Assembly (NCBI RefSeq): GCF_964355755.1 | Contig: NC_092672.1 | Location: 37,454,437-37,518,436 of the forward strand | Origin: Antedon mediterranea | Lineage: Eukaryota > Animalia > Echinodermata | Direction: 5' to 3' | DNA length: 64,000 bases | In this document: one piece after another, positions 49,601 to 60,273 of the stretch | How the letters are laid out: the number at the start of each line of letters is the position of its first letter | Numbering within the stretch: the stretch's first letter is position 1 | The notes under the pieces: generated by a model | Database searches by the model: none | Told to the model about the DNA's origin: nothing | The model's input: only the letters and a program-made list of their open reading frames with translations | Program-made: the position numbers and the translations under genes

Positions 49601-52600
49601 TTTTTGTACATACAACAGACCCTTCAAACACTTAAAAAAAGTTAACACTATCAAACTAGTTTGACAAACCAAGTGTCATGTACCCAAATATGGTAGTGAC
49701 ATGACATCATCATGTCCATATATGGGCACATCACATTTTATTGTCACATAAAATTTGATAGTGTAGACAGCACTTTAGACTTTACTCAAACTAACCTGTC
49801 GTTTGGCTTTTTCTTCTTTTGCTTGTGTCTTCATTTGTTGCACCTCCATGGAATCTGTTTTTCTCCGTAACATAAACAGTTCATGATTTCCTACGCATAA
49901 ATCTAAAATCTATACAAATTTAAAAAAACATCTTAATTATTAATATTTATTTTTACAGTGTATATATTCACATAATATTTATCATGGAATTTATTTTGCT
50001 GATAAATTATTGTATTTAAGGAAACCATAATACTTGCCAATTTATTTCTTCTACTTTTTGGTGAAATGAAGCTGAAATCTGACGACTTCTTATCAATTGG
50101 TTTTATAGTAAACTAAAAAAAGAGAATATTATTATTCAAACAAATCAAAATAAATTTTTAAATCAACATTTTAACATTTTTTTCTCATTTCCCTATCTGT
50201 GTTTGTTAGCCATTAAGTATAATTACAATTTGGACAAAAAAATATTGAACTGTGCTTCAAAATATATATTTATATGAAAGAAACCTTTACTTTTTTATCT
50301 CTGTATGAGATGTCCCCGATTTCACTCCAGGGAAACGAGATTTGTGGACGGAACCTGTTCTCTGCTTCATACACATGAAGTCCAAAGGCATCGACTCCAA
50401 GCTGTAACGGTGTCTTTTTATCATTCTAACAAAATAGAAAGAACAATTTAATATTTTGTTTGAAATAATGAACTAAATATTGATTGATTCATTCATTAAT
50501 TTATTTATGATAGTACATTCATAGACAAAACATGCAAACCAAAAAGAGAAAACATATCACCAGGAAATTAGGAACAAAAACAAAAACAAAAACAATATCC
50601 TAAAAAATCATGGCATCAACGCTGATGTAGGTTGGATTATTGAAGTATGTTAACTATTTAATCAGACTATTACAACTATCATGAATTCTGTTCTTAAAAC
50701 TACGAAGAGTTCCTCCAATATTCATAGAATGAGGGAACATTATTTGTTACAAACATCTTGCTTGTGCTATTATGTACTGCTCTTAATCAGAGCACAAAAA
50801 CATATACATACAAAATTAAATAACAAATAGATAAGAGCAAGTGGATAACCCTATATAAGTTCAAAAGCTTGTTTCCATAGATTCACTCGACATAAAGAAT
50901 TTCTTTTAGTTAACATTGCTCACTTATCAACAATTTATAAAACACAACAATATTGCATTGTTGGCTAATACACTGTGTGTTAGCCATGAGTCACCATTTG
51001 TTGTGGTTTTTGAGATAACAATGCTGGCTACCTCTAATCACTTTACCAGCCCTTATTTTAGTTGTTCTTATGTTGTCTGATTTCACAGGAAATGCCCTTT
51101 GATTGCAATAACTTCCTTAAAGGAACAATTCACTGTTATCAATTAGTGCAAATTATTCCTTTTTATTTGAAACTTCTGTAGTTTTAAAACTTAAACTTAT
51201 ATTAAATTCAGCCATAAAAATGTAGTAAAATATTTATTATAATATTATAGCAAGAATATAAGATATAATATTTTGATATAATCAGGTAGAAAGTACTACA
51301 GTATAAAAACTTCCATGCTGTATTGTATGGATAATCCTAATATTTATTCTTTCTTTTGATATAATTTTGAAATATTGCATTTTTGAACATATGGTGTGTG
51401 TTTCAATTTCAAAACAGTTTAATGAAAATATTGATAAAAGAAAAATGCCAAATAAGTGTAACAATTTCATCAAAAGTTGTTCATATTTGCAATAGGACAA
51501 ATAGATTGTAACTTACAGTTATTTCAAAATAGTTCACTCCATACATGTCAAGATCTTGAGCAAATTTTAAGTATTCCATTTCAGCTTCATCTCTGGAAGA
51601 CAATAAGTGTAATAAGACTTAAGATGACAATGGTATATTTTACAATAAATAATCAAATCACATTTGTTAACCCCTTCAATATTTTAATCCTCCACAAATA
51701 CACACGTTACAGACTGCTCTCCTCCCCTATCTACCATTATGATAAAGTCTTCATTCATTCTGTACCTCCATTTCCCCCACCAACTTTCCCATCCCTGCCT
51801 CCATTACAGACTGTTTCCCCACCCCCCCCCCAACTCTCTACCTCATCATTTTGTACCTCATTCCTCACATAACTTCTTCATCCCTATTCTATGTACCATT
51901 ACCTACCTGGTCATGCCCTCATTCTGTGCATACCATGACGTTATTTTGTCTTCCCACATTTGTTGTGTCATGTCGTACTGTTCAATGACATCTTGTGGGA
52001 GAAGTTCTTCTTCCGCAAGGAAGCCGACACGATGGTACATAGGGTCATAATCACCATACTGAAACAATTTAAACAAAAAACTGATAAATTAGACAGTAAG
52101 ACATATCATTTCTAAATCATGAAAACCCTAGATTGAATTTCATGCCAATGCTTAACCTTTAATTGTTGTGTCAAATAAATATTTGAGTGCCAACACCAAA
52201 CAAATGCACATTTACTACATTCTCCTAAGGGTCTAAACATGTCTTGTTGTTATCTGGAACTATCCCTTTCCTGTCCACAACAAATGCTGTACTTGTAGAT
52301 TACAGTAGTAGTACCCTCTCATTTTCGGTCTCTACACACAGGCCATTCAACCTGTATATAGTAATTGTCTATTACTTCAAGTACATAATTCTAACCTTAG
52401 CCTGAATGGCGTATGCAGCTAACAAGACTGCCGCTTCTGGTGAGCAGTAGATCTCGGCTCTTAAGACTTTCTGTTTTACTTGAAGAAAGAACAAGTGCTG
52501 CGTAATTTCCTGGATGAGTTCCTCTGATACCTCTTCTGGGTAAAACTTGGCAAGAAATGAAAACTGTAATGGATTCTCTTTTGATACATTTTGCTCTGTC

Positions 52601-53451
52601 ACCTTATATAGAAAAAAAAAAAGGTTAAATAAAGAAAATTGAAAATGTATAACACAATAGAAGAAAAGAATTTTGGAAAAAAAAGAAAAGAGCAAGTTAT
52701 TGATATTTCTATTTAATAAAGATGTTTGAAAAAAAAATGTTTTTTACTCTCATACTGTAAGAGGTTTTGTTTGACCTGGTCAACAAAAACTTAGGCAAAC
52801 AAAAGGAAATGCTTAAAAAAAACAAAAAGGGCAAGAGAGAATGACAATGTAAAATATTAAGAAGTCAGTAAGTAATTTTAGTAGCGTTAGTATGGTAGAT
52901 GTCTTACCTTTTTGTCCATTTTTAGCCAAGCTTGATAGCCTTTCTTGTCCACATATTGCAGTCCAAAATACCAAGTTTCCCTCAGTCCTTGTGTCCGGCA
53001 AACAAGATCAAAAAGCTGCCGACCTGTAGCTGTACACTACATAGCACATAATAAACAAAATTAATTTTAAATAATATATTTAATATTTCCTTTTTTAAAC
53101 TAATAATATTTCTCTCCAATGGAGTTAGCTGATTCAAAGATGAATATTAACAAAAAGATAATTTCCCATTTCACTCATTGTTCGTGTAAACCTCACGGGG
53201 AAATTCCAGGCTAACCTAGCCTAGGCCTAGTAGGAAGGTAAATCCCATATTAGAAGTTAGTGGCACATTCCGGGCTTCCTTCATCCCCTTTTCCTGCTTT
53301 CTTTCTCAGCAGCCAGGCTTATCTTCCTGCCTGGCTGACGTCTAGTTTCTTATCTTAATTCTTTACTTACATCTATACAAAACTCCAGTTCAGCATCCAT
53401 AGTCATAACCCTAACCTTTAAGGTTTTAGGTTTGCTTCTGAACAGCGACAT
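46651..53451 (-). CDS. NF2: Merlin (neurofibromin 2, FERM/ERM family), 15 exons, ~567 aa
   Basis: Exons 53371-53451, 52908-53036, 52396-52602, 51907-52058, 51517-51592, 50291-50425, 50038-50112, 49796-49909, 49333-49455, 48751-48882, 48405-48490, 47991-48078, 47418-47512, 47163-47322 and 46651-46701 join in frame. Merlin-type features: [61 protein letters not shown] and the C-terminus RVTFFEEL. Confidence 0.95.
47591..47710. repeat. 54-bp direct duplication in an NF2 intron
   Basis: GATAAACTGCCTGTGGAAAC..G.TTTAACCGCTTCCACTCGAGAAAAATTAAC occurs twice. Confidence 0.85.
48300..48389. mobile_element. Tc1/mariner-pogo-like MITE end fragment
   Basis: GGGGGCGTTTATT subrepeats ending ...AATAAATACGG-TA. 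Confidence 0.5.
48515..48654. mobile_element. Harbinger-like MITE H1 copy
   Basis: TTAAGCTCTGTCTACACTATCAAACT...AGTTTGATATTGTAGACAGAGCTTTA. Confidence 0.8.
49018..49120 (+). mobile_element. tRNA-derived SINE head interrupted by an H1 MITE
   Basis: GGAGCAGTAGCTTGGTGGTT...GTGTTCAATCC shows A- and B-boxes. An H1 MITE follows at 49122-49255. Confidence 0.5.
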
Positions 53452-53791
53452 ATTGCAAATCTATCTGCGTTTGTTCATTTTTTGAATAACATAAACTTTA
53501 GTCATCATCATAACAATCAGTAATCCAATTTTCGTTGCTTGTTGTCATTGTCGAGCAAGTTCAAAAGGTCACGTACGTATCGAAAAAGGGGGCGCCCTAT
53601 ATATTTATCCTTCTCTCTCTATCAGTATCAACAATACTGTACAGTACTATAAATTTGGCTTTTCTTGATGCATTTCCTATTATGAGAACAAGTTTTGGAG
53701 GATCATTATTTGCTTTTTTTTATTCCCTAAAAAAATACCCAACATTTATTGTCATACATAGACCAAAAAGTCGAAAAAGTTCTCAAACCTT

Positions 53792-54320
53792 TTAAAGATG
53801 TATTGTCCCTAGCCCCTTTGGTAATTCCAAAAAAAAATTTTTTTTTCATTTTGAAAAAAAGGGGGTCATTTTGAAGTATCATAATAGTTATTAACTTTCA
53901 CCAAAAATTAGTCGAAAAAAAAAATAATTTAACCGAAATACAGATGTTTTTTTGTTCAAAAAATAACGTTGACTTCCAGTCAAAGTTTTCAATCAAAACA
54001 TATCTCATAATGCAACGCGCTTGTTTGGCTACTCTGTATGCATAATCATAAAACTTCTTCGCAATCTGTGTGAAAACACCTTCTCAACCGAGTTGTAAAC
54101 AATCCTAATTAGCATCATGCATATGCATACTCATGGTTTGAAATCTTTGTTTCCCAGACGAAATCTATTTAATTTACTTGTTAATTACGTAAACTTGTTG
54201 TTTTTGGCTCGAATTTTCGACTTAAAGTGAATAACTTTAATATTACTTTGATATGGCTAATTTAAATTTAGAATATTTTTTTTTTCATTTTTTGTGTTTC
54301 AAGGGACAATACATCTTTAA
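53792..54320. mobile_element. TTAA-flanked MITE, subfamily K1, between the DRG1 3' end and the NF2 start
   Basis: TTAAAGATGTATTGTCCCT...AGGGACAATACATCTTTAA, colinear with 11076-11621. Confidence 0.85.
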
Positions 54321-54850
54321 GTAAAAGTGTACCAGAAAGTGGTTCTAGGACAATTACATATCTCTTTATTGTCAAAATGTAAAATAATTAATGTGCTTGC
54401 ATAATAATGCAAGCACATATTATATTGGGTTAATGCTGTAATAGTACACAGCAGTATGTATAATATTCCATAGTACATTTTTCCAGAAATAATAATGACA
54501 AATCATAAAGATATTTGTGTTACAGTATTTATTTTATTGTTAACATTGTCAGGTACAATACTGAATATCAATACCAACGTTTAATATAGTTACACTCTTT
54601 AAATCCTCCTACTTACAGATAAAATTTCAAAATCATTGCAAGTTTCAGTAATCATATTAAGGTAATATAATACGTTTTGAAAATCATATTTAATATAATA
54701 TCGTACACATTATTTAATACTTGAGTGGTACAGTACAATAACTTAAATTCAATCCTTGTTCAACTTCTCGCTGTAGCTTCTCCTGTATTGTGAAGTTGAG
54801 TCTATGATATATAGTGACTTTGATTTGACACTGCTTGGTGGATATAATAA

Positions 54851-57800
54851 CTAAATTCTGTCAAAATAAAAGGAGATTAAATGAAATTAGAGCTTACTTT
54901 TAAAACCCAGCTTTGTGAAAATAAGATGAGATAAGATAATTCTTAATTGTCATGTAAGGGCCGAACTGATGACAGACAAATGCTAAGTCAATAAGGATTT
55001 ATTTACTGTTTTTAAAGTACTTACCTTTTTACAATCTGTATAACGTCCTCGTCGTTAAGTTCATGTTCTCTGCCGACCTTCTGTGGATTGTGTTTGACAG
55101 ATGACCCCCATACTAACGCACTGAAAAACAAAATGAATAAAATTAATATAAGACAAAATGATTACATTTAAATTAATGCAAGACTTCCACACTAAAGCCC
55201 AGTATATATTATCAGTTTAGTGATATGCTCAAATATGGTAGTGATATGCCCAAATATGGTAGTGATATGCCCAAATATGGTAGCGATATGACATCATCAT
55301 GTCCATATATGGGCATATCACATATTTTTGTCACATGAAGTTTGATAGTGTACACAAAGCTTGCCAACCATATTACATTTGTTTGCTACAAAAACTAGGA
55401 ATTTACTGTTAAACATCAAACTTACTATTTTGGAAAAATAACTTATATCTACAAACCAGATGAACATTTTCAATCATCAAACTTACTATTTTAGTTCTTT
55501 TAAAATAGATTTGTGTAGATTGTTGCAGAAATCTTCCACTGTTGTCTGGTCAGTTTTTAACACCACTGGCGCTTCATAGTCCGGTAACTGTCCCTTTGGT
55601 TTCGTGTAGCTATAATGATAAATGTGACATCACAAACTATTAATTATCAGTCTATTGTTTAAAAAAAATGAACAGTGAGTTGTTTTTACCGTCTCAAACA
55701 CTTAAATTAGTTTAAAAAAAAAAATTATAAAACCAAATATAAAACTAAAATCAATTCTTCGTAACACCCTGCATGGCTAATTGTTTATATCTCATTTACA
55801 TACTTATGAATTGACTGTATTTTTCATTTCTGATGATCAAATAAAGATCGAAATGTTGAATCATGGCTTGACTCTCGTTATTTGGAGTAAATTTTATACT
55901 ATATTACTTAAAACCAAAATTAGTATGTAAAATACTGTGAAAATAACACATACATTCTAACAAGAGTCAGGTACTGCCAAATTTTCTCCAGTAAATCATC
56001 AAAGTTCCATTTGTGATGAGCAGAAATTGGTACACAATGTGGGATCTTGTAAATGATATCAAGTTCCTGAAAAAAAAAAAGATTATTAATGCTCTGACAT
56101 CACAAAGAGTTCACTATATTCACTGGTTTCTAGTACATCCAACTATTTATACTAATATAATTAGGCATCGTATACTCTATCTCTAACAAAATGTCCCAAT
56201 CTTCTATCAACTAAAGCCCAAGTATAGTCATGTCCCAGGACCACACTCTATTAGTCACCACGGATAAACTTTCTTCCTCAGTGCTTCTATGAATGGATGA
56301 CTTTTGGGAGCAGGAACGCTAGTAAATCAAACCCAGTACCGTTTTGATTTCAATCATTCAGGAATTTTTCTCTTGATGCTACATCAAAATCCATCTATTA
56401 TTGATGCCAGATCCACAAACAGGAATATGTAATCGTGACATAAAATTACTTTAAATGTCAATCCTCTCAAACCTAAACTTGCTCATGTTTGTACAGCCAT
56501 ACCTTTTGTAAACTGGACTAACAAATAATTTTAATATCTATTTATTTTATTTATATTTACCTCAATAGAAATTTGATCAATCTTGTTAAGTACATATATA
56601 CATGGGATGTAAGCTCGGTTTCCTTCGATTACATCAATTAACTCATCTGCTGATGCGTCGTGACGTAGCGTGATATCTGCGTTGTGGATGCGATATTCTG
56701 ATAAGATGCTTTTTACGGTGTCTAGATCGAGTTGTGATTGGGCACATGTGGCTGTTAGATTTATTCCCCCTTTGTCTTTCTTTCGGTATGATATATTAGG
56801 AGGCTTCTTATTCAACCTGATCATAAATAAAATTAATGCAACTGGATTTAATCATATACAAAAAAAAGAAAATATATTTTGCTCTTTTCAAAAAAGCTGT
56901 TTGCAGTTTCCAAAATACTATACCTTTGTTTTCATATTTCATTTATGATTTAGTTCAATTTCACCAATTCGTATACGGCAGTTTACTTTTCAAGGTGATT
57001 ACTAGGTTAAATACCATTAAAAGGAATTTATTATAAACGTTGTTGAGGTTGACAAATATCCTTACCTTATTCCAAAGCCTTCCAACTCATGCTCAATCAA
57101 TTTCTTGTGTTTGAGTGGCTTTAGTACATCTAAGACAATCAATATTAAACTGCATGTCCTTGCAACTACAAGAAAGAAAACACATCACATATTCATCATG
57201 TATTGGTTTCATACACCCTTTCTATAAGCTCTGTCTACACTATCAAACTAGTTTGACAAAAAAAGTGTGTTGTGCCCAAATATGGTAGTGACATGACATC
57301 ATTGTGTACATATATGGGCAAATCACATTTTTTTTTTACATAAAGTATGATTGTGAAGACAGAGCTTTACACACTTATAAGCTTGGTGTCAATAATATGA
57401 TGTATTATTTTAAAAATGGTATCAAAACCCAGTTCCAACTTGAAAAATGAAATACTGTATTGTATCACAAAATTTGGCCAAACCAGAGAGGGCGCAATTA
57501 AAAGAATTTTAGACATCAGCATTTCTATAGTAATTTCTAAATTGCTAAACAAGGCACGTTCTAAATTTGGTTGAAGTATTAATATATACTACTGACCTGC
57601 AATGACCTGTCTACCACGACCTTTACCATCCTTAGCTCCTTCAATAATACCTGGCAAATCAAGTAACTGTAAAAACAGAACAAAATTAATTAACAGAAAA
57701 AATGAAAATCTTCATTCTATCTATTACAGTACTGTATAACTACTGTACACAAGAAAGTGACATCCTCAATTATTTAAACTGAATACACGAGTTGAGTGAA

Positions 57801-59888
57801 TTGGGGGACATACAGAGGGAGCTATTCACTTGGTTAATGGGATAAACTAAGGTAAATGCAAGTGGATAGAGTAGCTATTTATAAAGCTCTGTCTATCAAA
57901 CTTGTTCGACAAAGAAAGTGTGAAATTTTGTTGTCACATAAAGTTTGATAATGTAGGCAGAGCTTTAGGAATTAGAGTGCGAGAGAGGTAGTGTGTGTAT
58001 TACCTGTATCTTGGCACCTTTGTACCTGATGACACCAGGCACTGTGGTAAGTGTTGTAAATTCATAAGCTGCAACCTCTGAGTAGACACCAGCGAGGTTG
58101 CTGAGAAGTGTAGATTTACCAACTGACGGGAAACCTAAAGGATATTTAACATTTGATGTACAGATTACGCAAATAGGTTATCTGTGTTAGAACAAACAAC
58201 AACAAAATGAACAGTCATTATGTTAATTTATTCATTCGGAGACTTAACTTGGAAACCTAATTTAATTAAATTCACATAGAAAACCAAGAATCTAGGTTAC
58301 AACCACCTCATCATGCATAATAACTTAAATAAAGGAGCCTTAATGAAAGCATAACTTGTAATGAATAGCCTCCTCAGTTTATTCATTTTGACATTTAACC
58401 AGGAAACCACCTCCTTATGCAGGCACCCCAACGTCAGTATGTCTGTTATTGTATCTATGCCTGTCTGTCTATGTACAGTACTGTAAATTCAAATCCAACT
58501 ACATTATTGTGTATTTGGTAATTTTACACTAACCTACAAAACCAATTCGAGCATCTCCCGTTTTAGCAACATCAAAACCTAAAGAATAAAAAAAAATATA
58601 TAATTAAATATACACAACATAAACCATCTGAATTGTATGCCTTTTGGATGTGTTTTCTACTATATGTTTACCTTCTTATTTTAGTGTTTTGTATTTGTTG
58701 TCTTGTTTTGGCCTGAATATGCTTGGTCCTCCAAGCTGTGACCTGTTTGTTACATTCTTTTGTTTTTTTTTTATTGAAATAAACGATGATTTGATTACAT
58801 ATTTTACATGATGATTCAATAATCATTGCCAGCCATATTTATTATATATCCTTTGTTACAATTCTTTTCACCTGATGATGGGCTATGCCCGAAACATGTC
58901 GTTAAAATAAATCTATATTGAGGCAGTTTTAACTTATTTGATCTTGATTTTTTTCTATATCCTGCCTATGCATGATAATTCAATAATGATTGATGATTCA
59001 ATAATCATTGCCAGCCATATTTATTATATATCCTTTGTTACAATTCTTTTCACCTGATGATGGGCTATGCCCGAAACATGTCGTTAAAATAAATCTATAT
59101 TGAGGCAGTTTTAACTTATTTGATCTTGATTTTTTTCTATATCCTGCCTATGCAGCTCTTTGATTTACATATTTATTATATGTACATAAGTTGTTTGTTT
59201 TTCATATAGCTGTCAATACTGTTGCGTGATATTTCCTTACCTTCACCAGCTGGACCTGAGCCGCCTTTTGGTGTAATTAATTCCCTTCTCAGTTTGGCAA
59301 GACGTGCTTTAAGTAAACCTAAATGACTGCTTGTTGCTTTGTTTCGCTGAGTTCGAGCCATCTGAAAAGAATAATGGATAGTGAAAAGTCTAATTATGAT
59401 ATTTTAATTGGAGTAAAAGCATTACACAGTTAACACAAACTCTTCTTACTTTGAATTTGACATTATTGTGGAGCAAAAACAGATAAAAAAATACAAACAA
59501 ATTTAATAATATTAATATTAATAACTAAACAGTATTCAATCTTACGAATCTTATTAAACATAAATAAAGTCTTAAAAGATTAATATTAGGATTTGATAAT
59601 TTTTTTGTTTATGATCCATAAAACTCTATCTGTGACACCTACCTACACTCGCACTTAACTAGCCTAACCTAGGCCTACCCTCTCATCTCCATGATGGAAG
59701 GATCAATCCAGGCGGCACACATACCGTCACAGCTGCTCTCCGTTCATTTTCAATCTTATCATATTAATGGACTTTTTAGGCTACAAATAAACTAATTTTT
59801 ACTACAAAAAAAGTCCTTAACATATATCAAAAAGTTTTCCAATACTTACTTCTGCCTCGATCTCAGCAATCTTCTCCAAAATACCCAT
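54851..59888 (-). CDS. DRG1: Developmentally regulated GTP-binding protein 1, 11 exons, ~366 aa
   Basis: Exons 59850-59888, 59241-59361, 58534-58578, 58004-58134, 57597-57666, 57066-57165, 56561-56816, 55954-56066, 55487-55609, 55025-55120 and 54851-54857. Motifs [33 protein letters not shown] and a TGS domain. [10 protein letters not shown] and KKDKGGIN are DRG1-type rather than DRG2-type. Confidence 0.96.
57224..57369. mobile_element. Harbinger-like MITE H1 copy
   Basis: TAAGCTCTGTCTACACTATCAAACTAG...GACAGAGCTTTA. Confidence 0.8.
58865..58907 (+). ncRNA. Minimal type I hammerhead ribozyme, copy 1
   Basis: UUUUCAC-CUGAUGA-U-GGGC(UAU)GCCC-GAAAC-AU-GUC^GUUAAAA. Both conserved core boxes are present, with a 4-bp stem II, palindromic ACAUGU stem III and a stem I pairing at 6 of 7 positions. 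Confidence 0.8.
59047..59089 (+). ncRNA. Minimal type I hammerhead ribozyme, copy 2
   Basis: Identical to copy 1. Predicted cleavage is after position 59082. Confidence 0.8.
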
Positions 59889-60273
59889 TGTTAATCAACA
59901 AAAGTAAAACTTAGGCTAGGCCTACCCACACTTCGCGGTGCTGCACCGTTTTCACAACAGACATCCAGTCCAGGTCCAATCATAAAAACAAAGTATTTCT
60001 TCTAAATATTTTAATTTCAATAAAATAAATACATTACTTATAAAAATATTTTTAAGCTTACATTAATTGCAATTTCCGATAATATAATTAGCATACTTAA
60101 TCTATTCTACAAATTTTCATGATTAATAATTCCCAGAATGCATCGTAATTCAATATGTCTGCGCCCATGGCCTGAAAAATGCTGATTGAGTTTATGAATA
60201 TAATTTTTACATATCATGAAATTTCACTTGCTAATGAAATTTATTCTGTAATTTATGTAATCAACTTATTATA
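59889..60273. promoter_or_regulatory. Bidirectional promoter of DRG1 and RPUSD4 with a ZNF143/Staf-like site
   Basis: The divergent start codons are 385 bp apart. AATTCCCAGAATGCATCG at 60128-60145 matches the Staf-binding consensus. Confidence 0.65.

Larger units (their letters stand above)
58809..59154 (+). mobile_element. 182-bp-period direct repeat carrying hammerheads (Penelope-like pLTR or non-LTR retrozyme type)
   Basis: 58809-58972 is repeated at 58991-59154. An imperfect flanking duplication reads TTTGATTACATATTTTA on the left and TTTGATTTACATATTTA on the right. Confidence 0.75.

Noticed and set aside
50540-50900. Possible old LINE fragments (also near 7540-7790, 17200-17350, 18820-18960 and 56100-56520)
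   Set aside because: They look like LINE tails but are too degenerate to delimit or classify without a search.
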